A DNA stretch of 64,000 nt, from assembly GCF_006345805.1 (NCBI RefSeq), contig NW_021833277.1, positions 1 to 64,000 on the forward strand, read 5' to 3'. The notes under the pieces are model-generated. The model worked only from the letters and a program-made list of their open reading frames with translations, was not told where the DNA came from and did not search any database. The translations under genes and the position numbers were made by a program. The DNA comes from Octopus sinensis. Taxonomy: Eukaryota. Positions 53,183-64,000 of the stretch are shown here, in pieces. The first letter of the stretch is position 1. The number at the start of each line of letters is the position of its first letter.

Positions 53183-53682
53183 TTAATAGGGTGTTCTGTT
53201 ATTATAGTTGTCGGGAATGGAAAAGTGACAAAGTCCTGGTCCTCTGCGGCATTTGTCCTTGTATGACATTCTGTGTTGTTGTACTTTCTATTTAAATTCA
53301 AAAAATAGCAAAACCTCATAAAATTCGTTCATTTCGGCCATTTTTTTGGGGGACGAATTTAAAAAGTCGAAATAATTTTTAGGGAAATTAGCTTTTCGAG
53401 TGTTTTGTCGTGCTTCCCAAACAAGGTTGGGTCTGTTTGTGAAATACGTGGGAATCGACCCTCCTTTAATACTCCCAGACTCCTCCACGCATTTGAGACG
53501 ATTATAAATAAAATAATCCGCACTTATATTCCCAAATGTATCCCCAAAACGATACTTTGTTGTCGGCACGTGTCCTAGGTAGCTGCCATGGCTTAGTTAG
53601 TTCACATTTACCCCGGCATTTGACTTGGAATGCAGTAAGTGGATTTATAAGTCGTTTCAGCGTTCTTCTTTGCCTCGCACAT
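53183..53682 (-). CDS. CIMIP2C: Ciliary microtubule inner protein 2C-like (C2orf70/FAM166 family)
   Basis: Spliced PSQMPG|YLGHVPTTKYRFGDTFGNISADYF...PTYFTNRPNL...EFYE|KVQQHRMSYKDK; introns of 29 and 27 nt. Confidence 0.75.
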
Positions 53683-54179
53683 TATTTACTTATGTTTCCA
53701 TGGGTATTCCGATTTATGAAAATAGTCCATTTTTATTAATTTGATAAAAATAAGCTTTTTTATTAAACAGGTTTGGAAAAAATTGTGTGAAATATCACAA
53801 AACTGGAAAGCCTAAACTTTCAATATGGCCGGAATATTTTAACTTCTTGTCTCAAGGAACTGGAAACCTTCAAAAATAATGCACGAATGTGTCTGGCTGT
53901 TTAGAGAAAGAAAAGAAGCTCCAAATTTCAGCTCTCAACCAACAAAGGAACTGTAATATCGTACTCGGGGGAACAGGCGAAGCTTATAGCGGATTTATTT
54001 TAACAACACTGAGCCAATTTTGTTTTGCTCTGGCTCACTGCGATTCCTGAGGAATATAATCACTTGCCGGAGTTTACAAAGGCAGTTAGCAGGCTTAAAA
54101 ACAATCGACGACATCAATGCGAAGCTTCTGAAATACGGACCATTTTAGACCTAATTTCTATAAAATCTTATTCCTTGTC

Positions 54180-55195
54180 TAAATATAGAAATTTGGAACA
54201 TTAAGAATATACTCAACGATATGTTTGTCACAAACGACTTACTCCTGCTTGGCTCTGGGGTCCTAATTCCTATTTAAAAGTCGGACAAGTCCGTTGGCCC
54301 AGTAGAAAACCTCTGCCCAGTCATTCTGCTGAACTGCCTCAGGAAGATTCTCTCATTGATTGTGCTGGATTGAATCAAGGACAGATTTTTGTCTCCAAAT
54401 CACAATGGTTTAAAGAAGGACGTTCAACTGCAGACGTCTGTGGAGTCACCGATGGCGGTTCACAACACACCAAAGATATAAAAAGGCATCAATATGTCAA
54501 AAGCGTTGACTCCATCCGTCGAGATTTACTCATGAAGAGTTTAAACGAAGATGACATCAAAATGATAAGAGTATTACTAACAAAGACGAAACTTGCTGTT
54601 CGTCTTGGAACAACATCGTCCAGACCTTTCCTGACAAATGTGGGAACCTCTCAAGGCGACTTTCTCTTGCCTCTGCTGTTTGTGATCTACTTCAAGGCTG
54701 CCTTGCGAGATTTGAGAAGTCTATATGGTGCAAATCACCAAACTAATTTACGCTGATGACTTTGTGTCGACCGACTATTGGTGATTGCACCTGGAAAATG
54801 GTTTCTAATTATGAACAAAACCGATGTCACCTTCGAATAGCCAGCTTATGGAGACTGTCGAAAAAGCTTGGCTCACTGCTTGGAGACCGGGAGAACATAA
54901 TGCGCAGAAGAACTCTGGACGCTGCTGGTATAAAAACCGTCATAAAAAACTGGCTAAGAAATTGACCTCTCACTACGCTCAGAATCTACAATGCCTTTGT
55001 AAAACCCGTCTTAATGTATAATTCATCTACATGGGGCATTTCTGATACCGAACTAAGGAACAAACTGACGGCTGTTCTGCAACATGAAAAACCCTAAACA
55101 ATTGCGATGATCTGGACGAACTCTGCAGACAGGCCCAAATCCGCAGAAAGCGGAAAACGGTGGTTAAGCAGGTCGTATCATATGTGGCACGTGAA
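54180..55195 (+). mobile_element. Heavily degraded RTE-type LINE
   Basis: GPVENLCPVILLNCLRKILSL, FLTNVGTSQGDFL, YADD, KLGSLLGDRENIMRRR, ending SYVAR; same family as the 46-kb copy. Confidence 0.75.
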
Positions 55196-55440
55196 TATGA
55201 CTTATTCTGTTCTTGTTCCTATGGGAAGTGCTATAACAACAATGGCACGTGCTAAAAATTCATATGTCAAAAATAAAAAAATTGTCCTAATTTGTTGGTA
55301 TATGGTATACAATGATACAAAAAAAGAACAAAACACAAAAATAAGATTCTATCTCTCCCCCTTATATCTCCTGTCCAAAAATCACCAAGTCCTCTCAAAA
55401 AATAAAAAACAAATAAGAGCATAATAATCAAACAAACAAA

Positions 55441-56075
55441 TTAGACATTTTTATCACGATTTGATTGCCAAATAAAGATCCTGCTCATATTGACTTCCAG
55501 AATAGTCTTCTGGTCCTGAATATAGTTGAGCCGCTCATCCAACTTGGCAATCTGTCTGAGTGCTTCCTTATAGTTCTTGTCTAAAAATGCTTCTGCCTCA
55601 TCCAACTCATATTCCATCATTATATTCGCCTGCATCCTTTATAACACATTTATACTCCCAGCAGTAAATACACACTCGATACTGAGCTTATTCGAGCCTT
55701 CGAATAGACCTGACTACAAAGCAGATAACTGCACGTGAGATCCTCGTCTCCACTCAGCGTCTTTAGGTGTCTTACTGAGTCCAAGGAAGCCGTAAAGTCG
55801 GGGATTTGTTTCAGGTAACTTGATATTGAGAATCAATGATTTAAACCGAGATTTGCTTAGAGAAAAGTTTGATTCGATGTATCTGAATTTCCTGTGTAGA
55901 TCTTGGAATCGTTCGAGTGCTCCTTGTGCGTCCCCTTTATTGAGTTCCATGAAGGAATCTACGTCTTCCTGGAATAAATTTGGAAATTTATTTTTTATAC
56001 CACAAATTCGGCTTTTATAAAATGATCAAAATTGTCTGGATTTTTGCTGATAGTTCCATTACCGTTTTCTGACAT
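55441..56075 (-). CDS. VBP1: Prefoldin subunit 3
   Basis: KAEFV|EDVDSFM..., YLLCSQVYSKA...LLG|ANIMMEYELDEAEAFL...EVNMSRIF; introns of 32, 28 and 26 nt. Confidence 0.92.
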
Positions 56076-56773
56076 TATTTCGAACAACTACGCACAACAA
56101 CTGAAACTCAGGTTTTTAATTATGTATTTAAAAATATTAAAGATAATAAAAAACTTCAAATATTAACCATAGAAAAAAAAATAGAAAAATTATTCTGATT
56201 CTTATTGTTTTTAATATCTACTTCACCCCCCACAGTAAGCCATCACTACAAACTTGCTACAAAGCCTCTGGGAATCAGTTCTATTAGAATTTAGTATTAA
56301 TCGGGCTCATAATGACAGAGTTGTTAACTTTTCTTATTAGCAGTGCTTACTGACTTTGTCCCAATATAATACTTGATATGTGGTTTAGAAATTTGATCAA
56401 ATAATTTTTTGTGTCTTTTTGGAATATTTAAATGTTTCTTTTTTGGGTGAATTCGAGAATTTCCCTGAGAAATTTGTATTTTTATTTAAAAAATGGCGGA
56501 TTCGAGAGAGTTTATTGCATTCAAATATTTCATTTTTTGTTTTAGTTAATAAAAAACGCCAAAGAATTATTTAACCCTCATAATTTCTATTTATGGACAA
56601 TGAATAAGATTTTATGGAAATTTGGTCTAAAAATGAATTGTACATAGAAAAATAAAACAAAATTGTAGTAAAACCGTTAGTAAAATCGTATAAAATAAAA
56701 TAGTTTTGCTAAGCCTAGTATTGCATAGCACATTAGTGGTGAGTGTGATCCATTTGAAACTACAGAAATATTA

Positions 56774-57703
56774 TTAAAAAAAAACTTTTCCAGAGTTATG
56801 TCGACGTTGTGGGTCATATCTTGATTGGTAAATTGAATAATCGGTTGTTTCTTGATTATTTTGTAAGGAATTTCGATAGTAGTCAAAACTGGATGCCAGC
56901 TGTATTCCGTTCTCAGGGTTGATTTGAGGAATAAAATTCGACATTTGCTGATATTGGACAAACGCGTTTGGATTGTGAGGGAATTGTCCGTTTTGGAAAC
57001 TAGTTCCAAAGTTGGAATATGCTTGATAGTTAAATGGATTTTGTTGAGAGTACAAATCAGTCAATGGGGGTCTCGTAAAGTTGCCATTTTCAGGGAAATA
57101 ATTTTCACTGATATTCATGCTATGACTGGATATAGGATGTGACACAACTTGATGTGTCATGTCCATAGGAATAAAATGATGGTCCTTTTTTGCCAGATTT
57201 TTGTTTTTTCTACGTGGTCTGTATTTATAGTCCGGGTAGTCTCGCATGTGGATAGTTCGAAGTCTTCTGGACTCTTCGACGAAAGGTTTTTTGTCTTCCT
57301 CGGATAACATCTTCCAATTATTTCCCAATCTTTTTGAAATTTCAGAATTATGCATTTTTGGATTTTCCGAAGACATTTTTTTACGTTGGACTCTCGACCA
57401 GACCATAAAAGAATTCATTGGTCTCTTGATTCTATTTTTTCCATTCGAAATTGGAGCACTTTCAACGTTCTGGTCTTGCTGGTAGTTAACAATCGAAGTT
57501 GATTGAGGATTGTTTTCAAATTTATCGGAGATTGAATTGTATTCCATTTGTGGAGCGGAGTACACTTTTTCCAAGTTATTAGAAACATTGAATTTGTAAT
57601 GAGAATTATAATTTTCGTGGTATTTCTTTGATAATAAATTACCCGTTGAATCATTCTGATTGTATTCCAATTGTTGAATAGACATCAATTTATGCTGTTC
57701 CAT
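56774..57703 (-). CDS. SoxB: SoxB HMG-box transcription factor
   Basis: [14 protein letters not shown]...[15 protein letters not shown]...[23 protein letters not shown]; a single 930-nt ORF. Confidence 0.93.
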   Translation of the reverse strand: MEQHKLMSIQQLEYNQNDSTGNLLSKKYHENYNSHYKFNVSNNLEKVYSAPQMEYNSISDKFENNPQSTSIVNYQQDQNVESAPISNGKNRIKRPMNSFMVWSRVQRKKMSSENPKMHNSEISKRLGNNWKMLSEEDKKPFVEESRRLRTIHMRDYPDYKYRPRRKNKNLAKKDHHFIPMDMTHQVVSHPISSHSMNISENYFPENGNFTRPPLTDLYSQQNPFNYQAYSNFGTSFQNGQFPHNPNAFVQYQQMSNFIPQINPENGIQLASSFDYYRNSLQNNQETTDYSIYQSRYDPQRRHNSGKVFF

Positions 57704-60248
57704 TTACTCTATAAATTATTATGAAAATAATAAGACCAACAAAATCTCCACACTCAAACTTTGTTTGCGAAACAATGACCATTTGTTCTCTTGAATAGTC
57801 GAAATAACGCGTTTATACGCCGCCCTGACGACGCGTATTTTATTTTTCAACAAAATATGTCTTTAAACATTCAACCGTAAAATTAAAGCTCATCCCCTTT
57901 TTTAAAATATCTCAACATCAAATATTCGGGGAATTTTTAATGTTTTTCTACACGTAAAATAATTTTTTGGGTTAAATTGGTTTTAAGTGCGGTATTGAAA
58001 TATGCACTTGTGGGAACAAAAGGGAGCCATAAATATTGGATTTTAGGCAATAAATCACAGCTGAATAGAAAAACTCTTTGTTATTGAGGTTTTATTAATG
58101 GGATGACGGAAAGTGGAAACAATAGGCTGACCCAATTCAAAATCTGAATTACTTTCGTATCCAAGGCATTAAAGAATTGAAGTAAATATGCCAACAATGC
58201 AAGTATTAAGCCACAAATCGACATTCGCTTATTGACGATTAAAGATGGTAGATGATAGGAAACGCTATATAATTATTAGAAATATTGAACAAGGAATAGA
58301 CTGAAGACAATATCATTTATCAATTGCTGGAACATCAATCAAACCGCTTTGATTTGTGCACGTGCAAATACCCATTTTATATCCTAAAAAATATTTATTT
58401 TACCAAAAATACATTCATTTTTGATTATATAAAAATTGAGTCAATCATATTATATCACAATAATATTAACTCATATGGTCTTAATTAAAACTTTTAATTC
58501 TTTCTTCAATAAGTAGATGTATTATATCTTTCTTTAAAAATGATTGGTCTTCCTCACTTTGAATTAAACTATTACTTTATAGTAACTGGCAATGGAGTGT
58601 ATTTTGTCGGGGAATTGTTTTTTATAGTTGAAACACAATGGACTTCCAATTAAAATTGGCCAATTGTAAAAATATAATAAGGTAATTCATTTATTTCTCA
58701 ATAGACGTGAATATTGCTGTCATAAAATCATTTTATGAAAAACAATAATTACAAGAATAAGAGAATATTGGTTTTTCTATTATTTTACGTACATTAATTA
58801 CGAAATTTTCTTTTTGATTTCCCAAAAATAATTTGAGTCTCACTTTCAATATTTAAAATCATAAATTATATTTTTTCAGTTATTTTGCCTTTTTCAAACT
58901 AGTTTCAATTATCAGGATTATTTTCTAGATTATAAAATTTATGTCAATATCCAAAGCTTTCATCAATCATAATCCGATTTATAAAAGTCGTCAACATAAA
59001 CCAATAATGAATGAAAATGTAGAAAAACAAATTCCATTTAATAATTGTGGATTCTTATGTCATTATGACGATCAAGATTTTCTACCAAAGCCATCATATT
59101 GCACGTGGCATCTCTTTTGGAAGCCGATCTTATTTCTGATGTCATTTATAAAGTCAGAAGTTAGTAGTTGTCAAGTCCTGTTTTTGCCTTTACAGCAGAT
59201 TACTTCTGAGTTTCCAATGGCAGGATAAATGACAAATGAGAAAACATGTCCGTGCACGTTGAATTTAACTTTTTACTGAAATTTTGATTGTCGTTCACAT
59301 TTTCTTATTTTTAGGACTAAAGAATTTGAAATTGACACGAAAGAGTTAAAATATAAAAACCAACCTCATTGTTGTAAAATTTAAGAATCCCATACTTTCC
59401 TGAAACATTTGTTTATTTAAAAATATCCCAAAAGATATGACTGATTTTACCATTGGTGTATACTGTTTGCGGTATCTAAAATACATTGTTTGTGGTATCT
59501 AAAAATAGAAGTGATTGATCGCTGCATTTTTAGGGTTAGGGTCTCCTCGGTGTATCGGGAAAAGTTCTTTTAAAATACCCTGAAAAGATGTGGGATACAT
59601 CCATATTTATGGTAAGGAATTTGTTACAAAATAAAAAAAGTTATCCAAATGTACAATTTGGTTAGCTGGCTTTTTCAGAAAATATCGGTCACTGTGCTTT
59701 GCGGAAACTGCTACTCAATACGGCGGCACTAAGCTGACTTTTAGGCTCAGATGTATTAACAACACAAAAATATAAGACCACCGGTGACATTAATTAGGGA
59801 AATGAATTATTCGATTGACTAAATTTTATTTATCAGCATATAACATGATCTAAAATTTCCGTTTCTAACTATCAGTGTCATATAGATGATCACATCTTCT
59901 AACAGTAAAATGAGGTGTTCGGATAGGACAGTAAAATGAGCAAAGTTGTTGAGTTCAAAAATCAAAAAAAAGACACTCCGAAGCAGTAGCAAAAGCTTTT
60001 TGTTTGAATTTCAATTGGTCATAAAAATATAAATGTCTTTTTAGAAGTATCTCACAGAACATAACATCCAACGTGATTTCCAACGTTTTATTTCTTATTT
60101 CCTTTTTCTTTTTATAGGCTAGTCCTTATGGTGGAAACCTTAAATGTCTATTTATTTAAAAAATGAAATTCTTTGATGTTAGAATATTAAACTAAATTAT
60201 TTTTTGAATAATTAAATTTTTTAATTAATTTTATTATTCTATTTTGTG

Positions 60249-62589
60249 ATGGGGATCCTGTATCACCAAAAAATAGAAAGGCAAAAGACATTTCTGCTGA
60301 CACTAATTCTGATCTCAATATGTGTCTTATCGTTCATAACAAGACTCCACTCCGTCATAAAATTCGAAAGCATAATCCACGAATTCGACCCCTGGTTTAA
60401 CTATCGTGCCACCAAAATGATGGTCGAGAACTCATTTTATGACTTTATAAACTGGTTTGACGAGTCAGCCTGGTATCCCCTCGGAAGAGACGTCGGCGGA
60501 ACAGTCTACCCAGGCATAATGAGTACATCCGGCCTCCTCCATTGGGCACTCCACTCCCTCAGCCTCCCAGTCCACATCCGTGAAGTCTGTGTATTCCTTC
60601 CTGCCTTCTACAGTGGTCTAATGGCCATCACAGCCTATTTATTTGCCTCAGAAGTGTGGAATAAATCAGCCGGGTTGATCTCCGCCTTCATAATGAGCAT
60701 AAGTAGTCCCCTTCCACTCATTTCCAGTCCCCGGATATGTCTCCCGATCAGTTGCAGGGAGTTATGACTATGAATGTATTTCAATATTTATAATCATGTT
60801 TACTCTGTATCTGTGGGCCAGGACTGTCAAGTCTGGGAGTCTCCTTTGGGCAGTTTTTACTGCTTTTTTCTACTTATATGCAGTTGGTGGAGGTTTATTG
60901 ACTTGTAGGTGGCTTCCTGGGGAGGATATATTTATGTAATCAACGTCATCCCTCTCCATGTATTCATACTTGTTATATCTGGTCGATATACTAGTAAATT
61001 GTTTTGTGGTTTGGTTTATACATGTTTTATTATCAGCTTATACTACTTTTTATATTCTTGGCCTACTTATGTCTATGCAGATACCTTTTGTGGGATTCCT
61101 TCCGCTCACAACCAGCGAACATATGTCTTCTCTCAGTAATATTCGTATAATATGTCAGTGGTGTTTCTACTGCTCTGTTTGGTCGGACTTTTTAAGCATT
61201 TGGGATCACTAAGTGACTCTCGTTGGGCAGCCAAGGTGGTTTTGTTGTGTTTGGGTGTGTTTGGCCTCGTTAGTGTGTTGATGGTGGGCGTCCTTACTTA
61301 TTTGGGTAGTCTTTTTGGGGGTTATTAGTGAAGGGGTTATTTCCCCTTGGACTGGCCGTCTTTATTCGTTGTTTGACACTTCCTATGCGGCCATCAACAT
61401 TCCAATCATTTCTTCTGTCGCTGAACATCAGATTTCTATTTGGACGAGATATTTTATTGACTTGCATTTTATTCCGACTGTTTTTCCGATTGGAATTTGG
61501 CTGGCTTTTTCTCGTTTGAGTGATCAAATGATTCTGGTTCTCACTCTGGCTGTCACTTCTGCTTATTTTTCTGGGATGATGGTCAGACTGGTGATTATTC
61601 TGACCCCAATTTCCGCGATTGTGTCATCCTTTGCCTTGGAGTCCGTTTTCCGTAGAATTTCTCGATCCCACCGAACTGAGAAAAATTCATTTTTTTCATT
61701 CTCGATGGCCACAACTTCACTTTTTGCCGCGATTGCGTTATTTGTTGTGCACAGCACGTGGATTACTGCCGTGATGTATTCGGGGACTTCGATCGTGCTG
61801 GAAGGAAGCGGACAGGACGGGTACTGGTCAGTCAACTATTGGCAGAGCCCACCACATTATCGACGACTACAGAGAGGCCTACTACTGGCTGGGAAGGAAC
61901 ACCCCAAAGGACTCCAAGATCATGTCCTGGTGGGATTACGGATACCAAATAACGGGGTTTTCTAACAGAACCACCATAGTGGATAATAATACGTGGAATA
62001 ATACTCATATTGCCACTGTACTGTTCTCCTAATCAAATTAGGTGGGCAAAGCTATGGCCTCCAATGAGTCACGGGCTGCCGAAATAGCTCGGGAATTGGA
62101 CGTGGATTATGTTCTGGTGGTGTTTGGGGGATATTTGGGGTATGACTCGGACGATATCGCCAAGTTTCTGTGGATGGTCCGAATATCCGAAGGGGAGTAC
62201 CCTAACGAGATCCACGTGCCCAATTGCCCGATATTTTAGGAAAATGAGTATTTTGACTCGGAGGGGAACTATAACATTGGAAAGGGCGTTTCTGAGAGGA
62301 TGAAGTCTTCTTTGATGTTCCGACTTTGTTACTACCGTTTTCATAACAAGCTGGTAGTATTATACATATATTAAAGACTAATGGATATGACAAGTCGAGG
62401 AGACAGATGGTTGGGCATGTAGTCAATGAGTTGACTCACATGGAGGAGGCATTTACGAGCGAGAATTGGATTGTGAGGATATATAAAGTTAAGGATCTGC
62501 CTTTTCGTGTCAGACTTACATATAAGCCGACATTTCCAATAAGTCTGCCAATGTCTAGAAAAGTAGATTTGTGTGGTTGTAATGTGTAG
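60249..62589 (+). CDS. STT3: Oligosaccharyltransferase catalytic subunit STT3
   Basis: [48 protein letters not shown]|[16 protein letters not shown]; many 24-27 nt introns; 3' end approximate. Confidence 0.95.
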
Positions 62590-64000
62590 AATTCGAGGAC
62601 CACTAAGGGGTCCATTTATGGAAGAGGGTGATTGTCTGGTTTTTTGACTTTATTTTTGGTTTAAACTAAAGTTTATTGGGATAGTTTTATTGTTATGTTT
62701 GTGCTGGTGTTGGGGGTTTTGTAGTTGCTGATTTTTGAATTAGGTGGTCTGATTAGACACAAAATATATTTAAAATTGTAGTATCTTCTTGGGAGATTTC
62801 CTAACTGAATTTTCAACTACACTGAATTTAAAAAATATTTCAATTAGAGCTGTAATCTATTTTAGACTAAATTATCCAGGAATAGTTTTCATTTAGAAAA
62901 GAATAACGACGTCAGCAAAACTACAATTTATTGATCTCTTATAATCAATGATTGCTGTATTCCTGATCAAGTTGCAACAATCGCTTCAACTAAATTTAAT
63001 ATAGTTGGCAATTTAGATTTAAAAACGTTCAAGGTCATTAGAATGAATCAGCATTTCAACATCAACAATATGTTGATCTGTAGGAAGCATGTAATTAGCG
63101 TCTCTAACAATCGATTGCATAAAATTCGTAGCGGATTTATTATGTCCATTCACTTGGATATACCTTTCCTTGAGAACCAAATTTGCTGAGGAACATCAAC
63201 AAATTATTATTTCCCACTCCAATAAAGTTCTCTCAAAAATGCACGTCTATTTTCTTGAATAAAATTGTCTATCTCTCCGCCTTCAATTGTGTACTTTCAT
63301 CTTTCTTCCACTTTTAATACCATAGATTCGACACAAATTTAGATAGATACACCTTACAACTTTTACGGGCCTGTGTTATAAATAGAGCGGACTAGGTACC
63401 AAAGTTAAAATTTAATAATAGTAAGTAAATACTGTTATCATCCCAGAAACTGGAAATTTGATTGGGTAACCTTTCGACCTGAGATTACAAAAAATCTCGT
63501 AAACTTGGGCATTCAATTCGTGTCCAATTGTCGCTTTGGATGTTGAGAAGCCTTGAGCTAGGATTCCTTTTCTTGCTGGCAGGTATAGCATTCTTTTAGA
63601 GATGTTAAATCTTTCTCCTTAAAAAAATAAAACAGAAAATATTTAGGTCAGTTTTATCAAAGACGACTAGAATATTATAACCCTAGTCGATGTAAATATA
63701 CAAATTTTCTGTAATTTCATCAATTCGTTAAAATAATTTAATTTAAATGTCACAAGGTTGAAGTATTGCTGTCGTATTTTCAGAAAGATATTTAAACGAT
63801 TTATATTTGAATAATTCTCAGTTTTATGGCACCCAGCATTATCCAAAATTAAAAAATTTCTTCTTCGATATATTATCCCGTGTTGAAAATTTTATTTGTC
63901 ATCCACGAATTTTTTGAATGAATACATAGGATTCCTATCCAACATATCGAAATCTCTTAGCAACGATGAAATCTGAATTTTTTAATAACCAAAAGTTACA

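Noticed and set aside
57805-57840. ACGCGT-based hairpin upstream of SoxB
   Set aside because: Pairing comes from two copies of a self-complementary 6-mer; may be binding sites but unsupported.
59530-59541. Telomeric repeat TTAGGGTTAGGG
   Set aside because: Only two units with no subtelomeric context; compatible with chance.
62900-64000. Minus-strand gene running off the window end
   Set aside because: Short exon-like frames are present but no family was recognised and no coherent model could be built.

Overview
Very AT-rich eukaryotic nuclear DNA, gene-dense, with coding sequences broken by tiny (about 21-37 nt) GT-AG introns, so the ORF track shows only exon fragments. SoxB, an ACK-type kinase and TACC indicate an animal. 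Ciliary genes (CCDC180-like, CIMIP2C/C2orf70-like) argue against myxozoans. The intron size best fits a dicyemid or related mesozoan (inference). Host genes reconstructed by hand: PAR/NFIL3-type bZIP, p120/delta-catenin-like ARM protein, TTC1, RING-H2 E3, CCDC180-like, REC8, a ubiquitin-like-S27a fusion, IPMK, KIF21, Rpt1/PSMC2, TACC, WDR33, an ACK-family pseudokinase, CIMIP2C-like, prefoldin 3 (plus a partial duplicate), SoxB and STT3. They are interleaved with decayed TEs (hAT, Tc1/IS630, RTE, CRE, Ingi/Vingi, a GIN/KRBA2-like integrase). Highlights: (1) a gene-anchored strand-composition flip, with the sense strand A/C-rich for the first ~0.4-0.6 kb and then G/T-rich, visible in introns of many genes on both strands; (2) an 874-bp TSD-flanked, 5'-inverted Ingi/Vingi insertion carrying an HDV-like ribozyme that overlaps the start codon, followed by a 2A StopGo peptide; (3) an S27a fused to a ubiquitin that is only 26/76 identical to canonical ubiquitin; (4) an ACK pseudokinase; (5) a RING gene lying between two collinear halves of a CRE retrotransposon. 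All annotation is by eye with no database searches.
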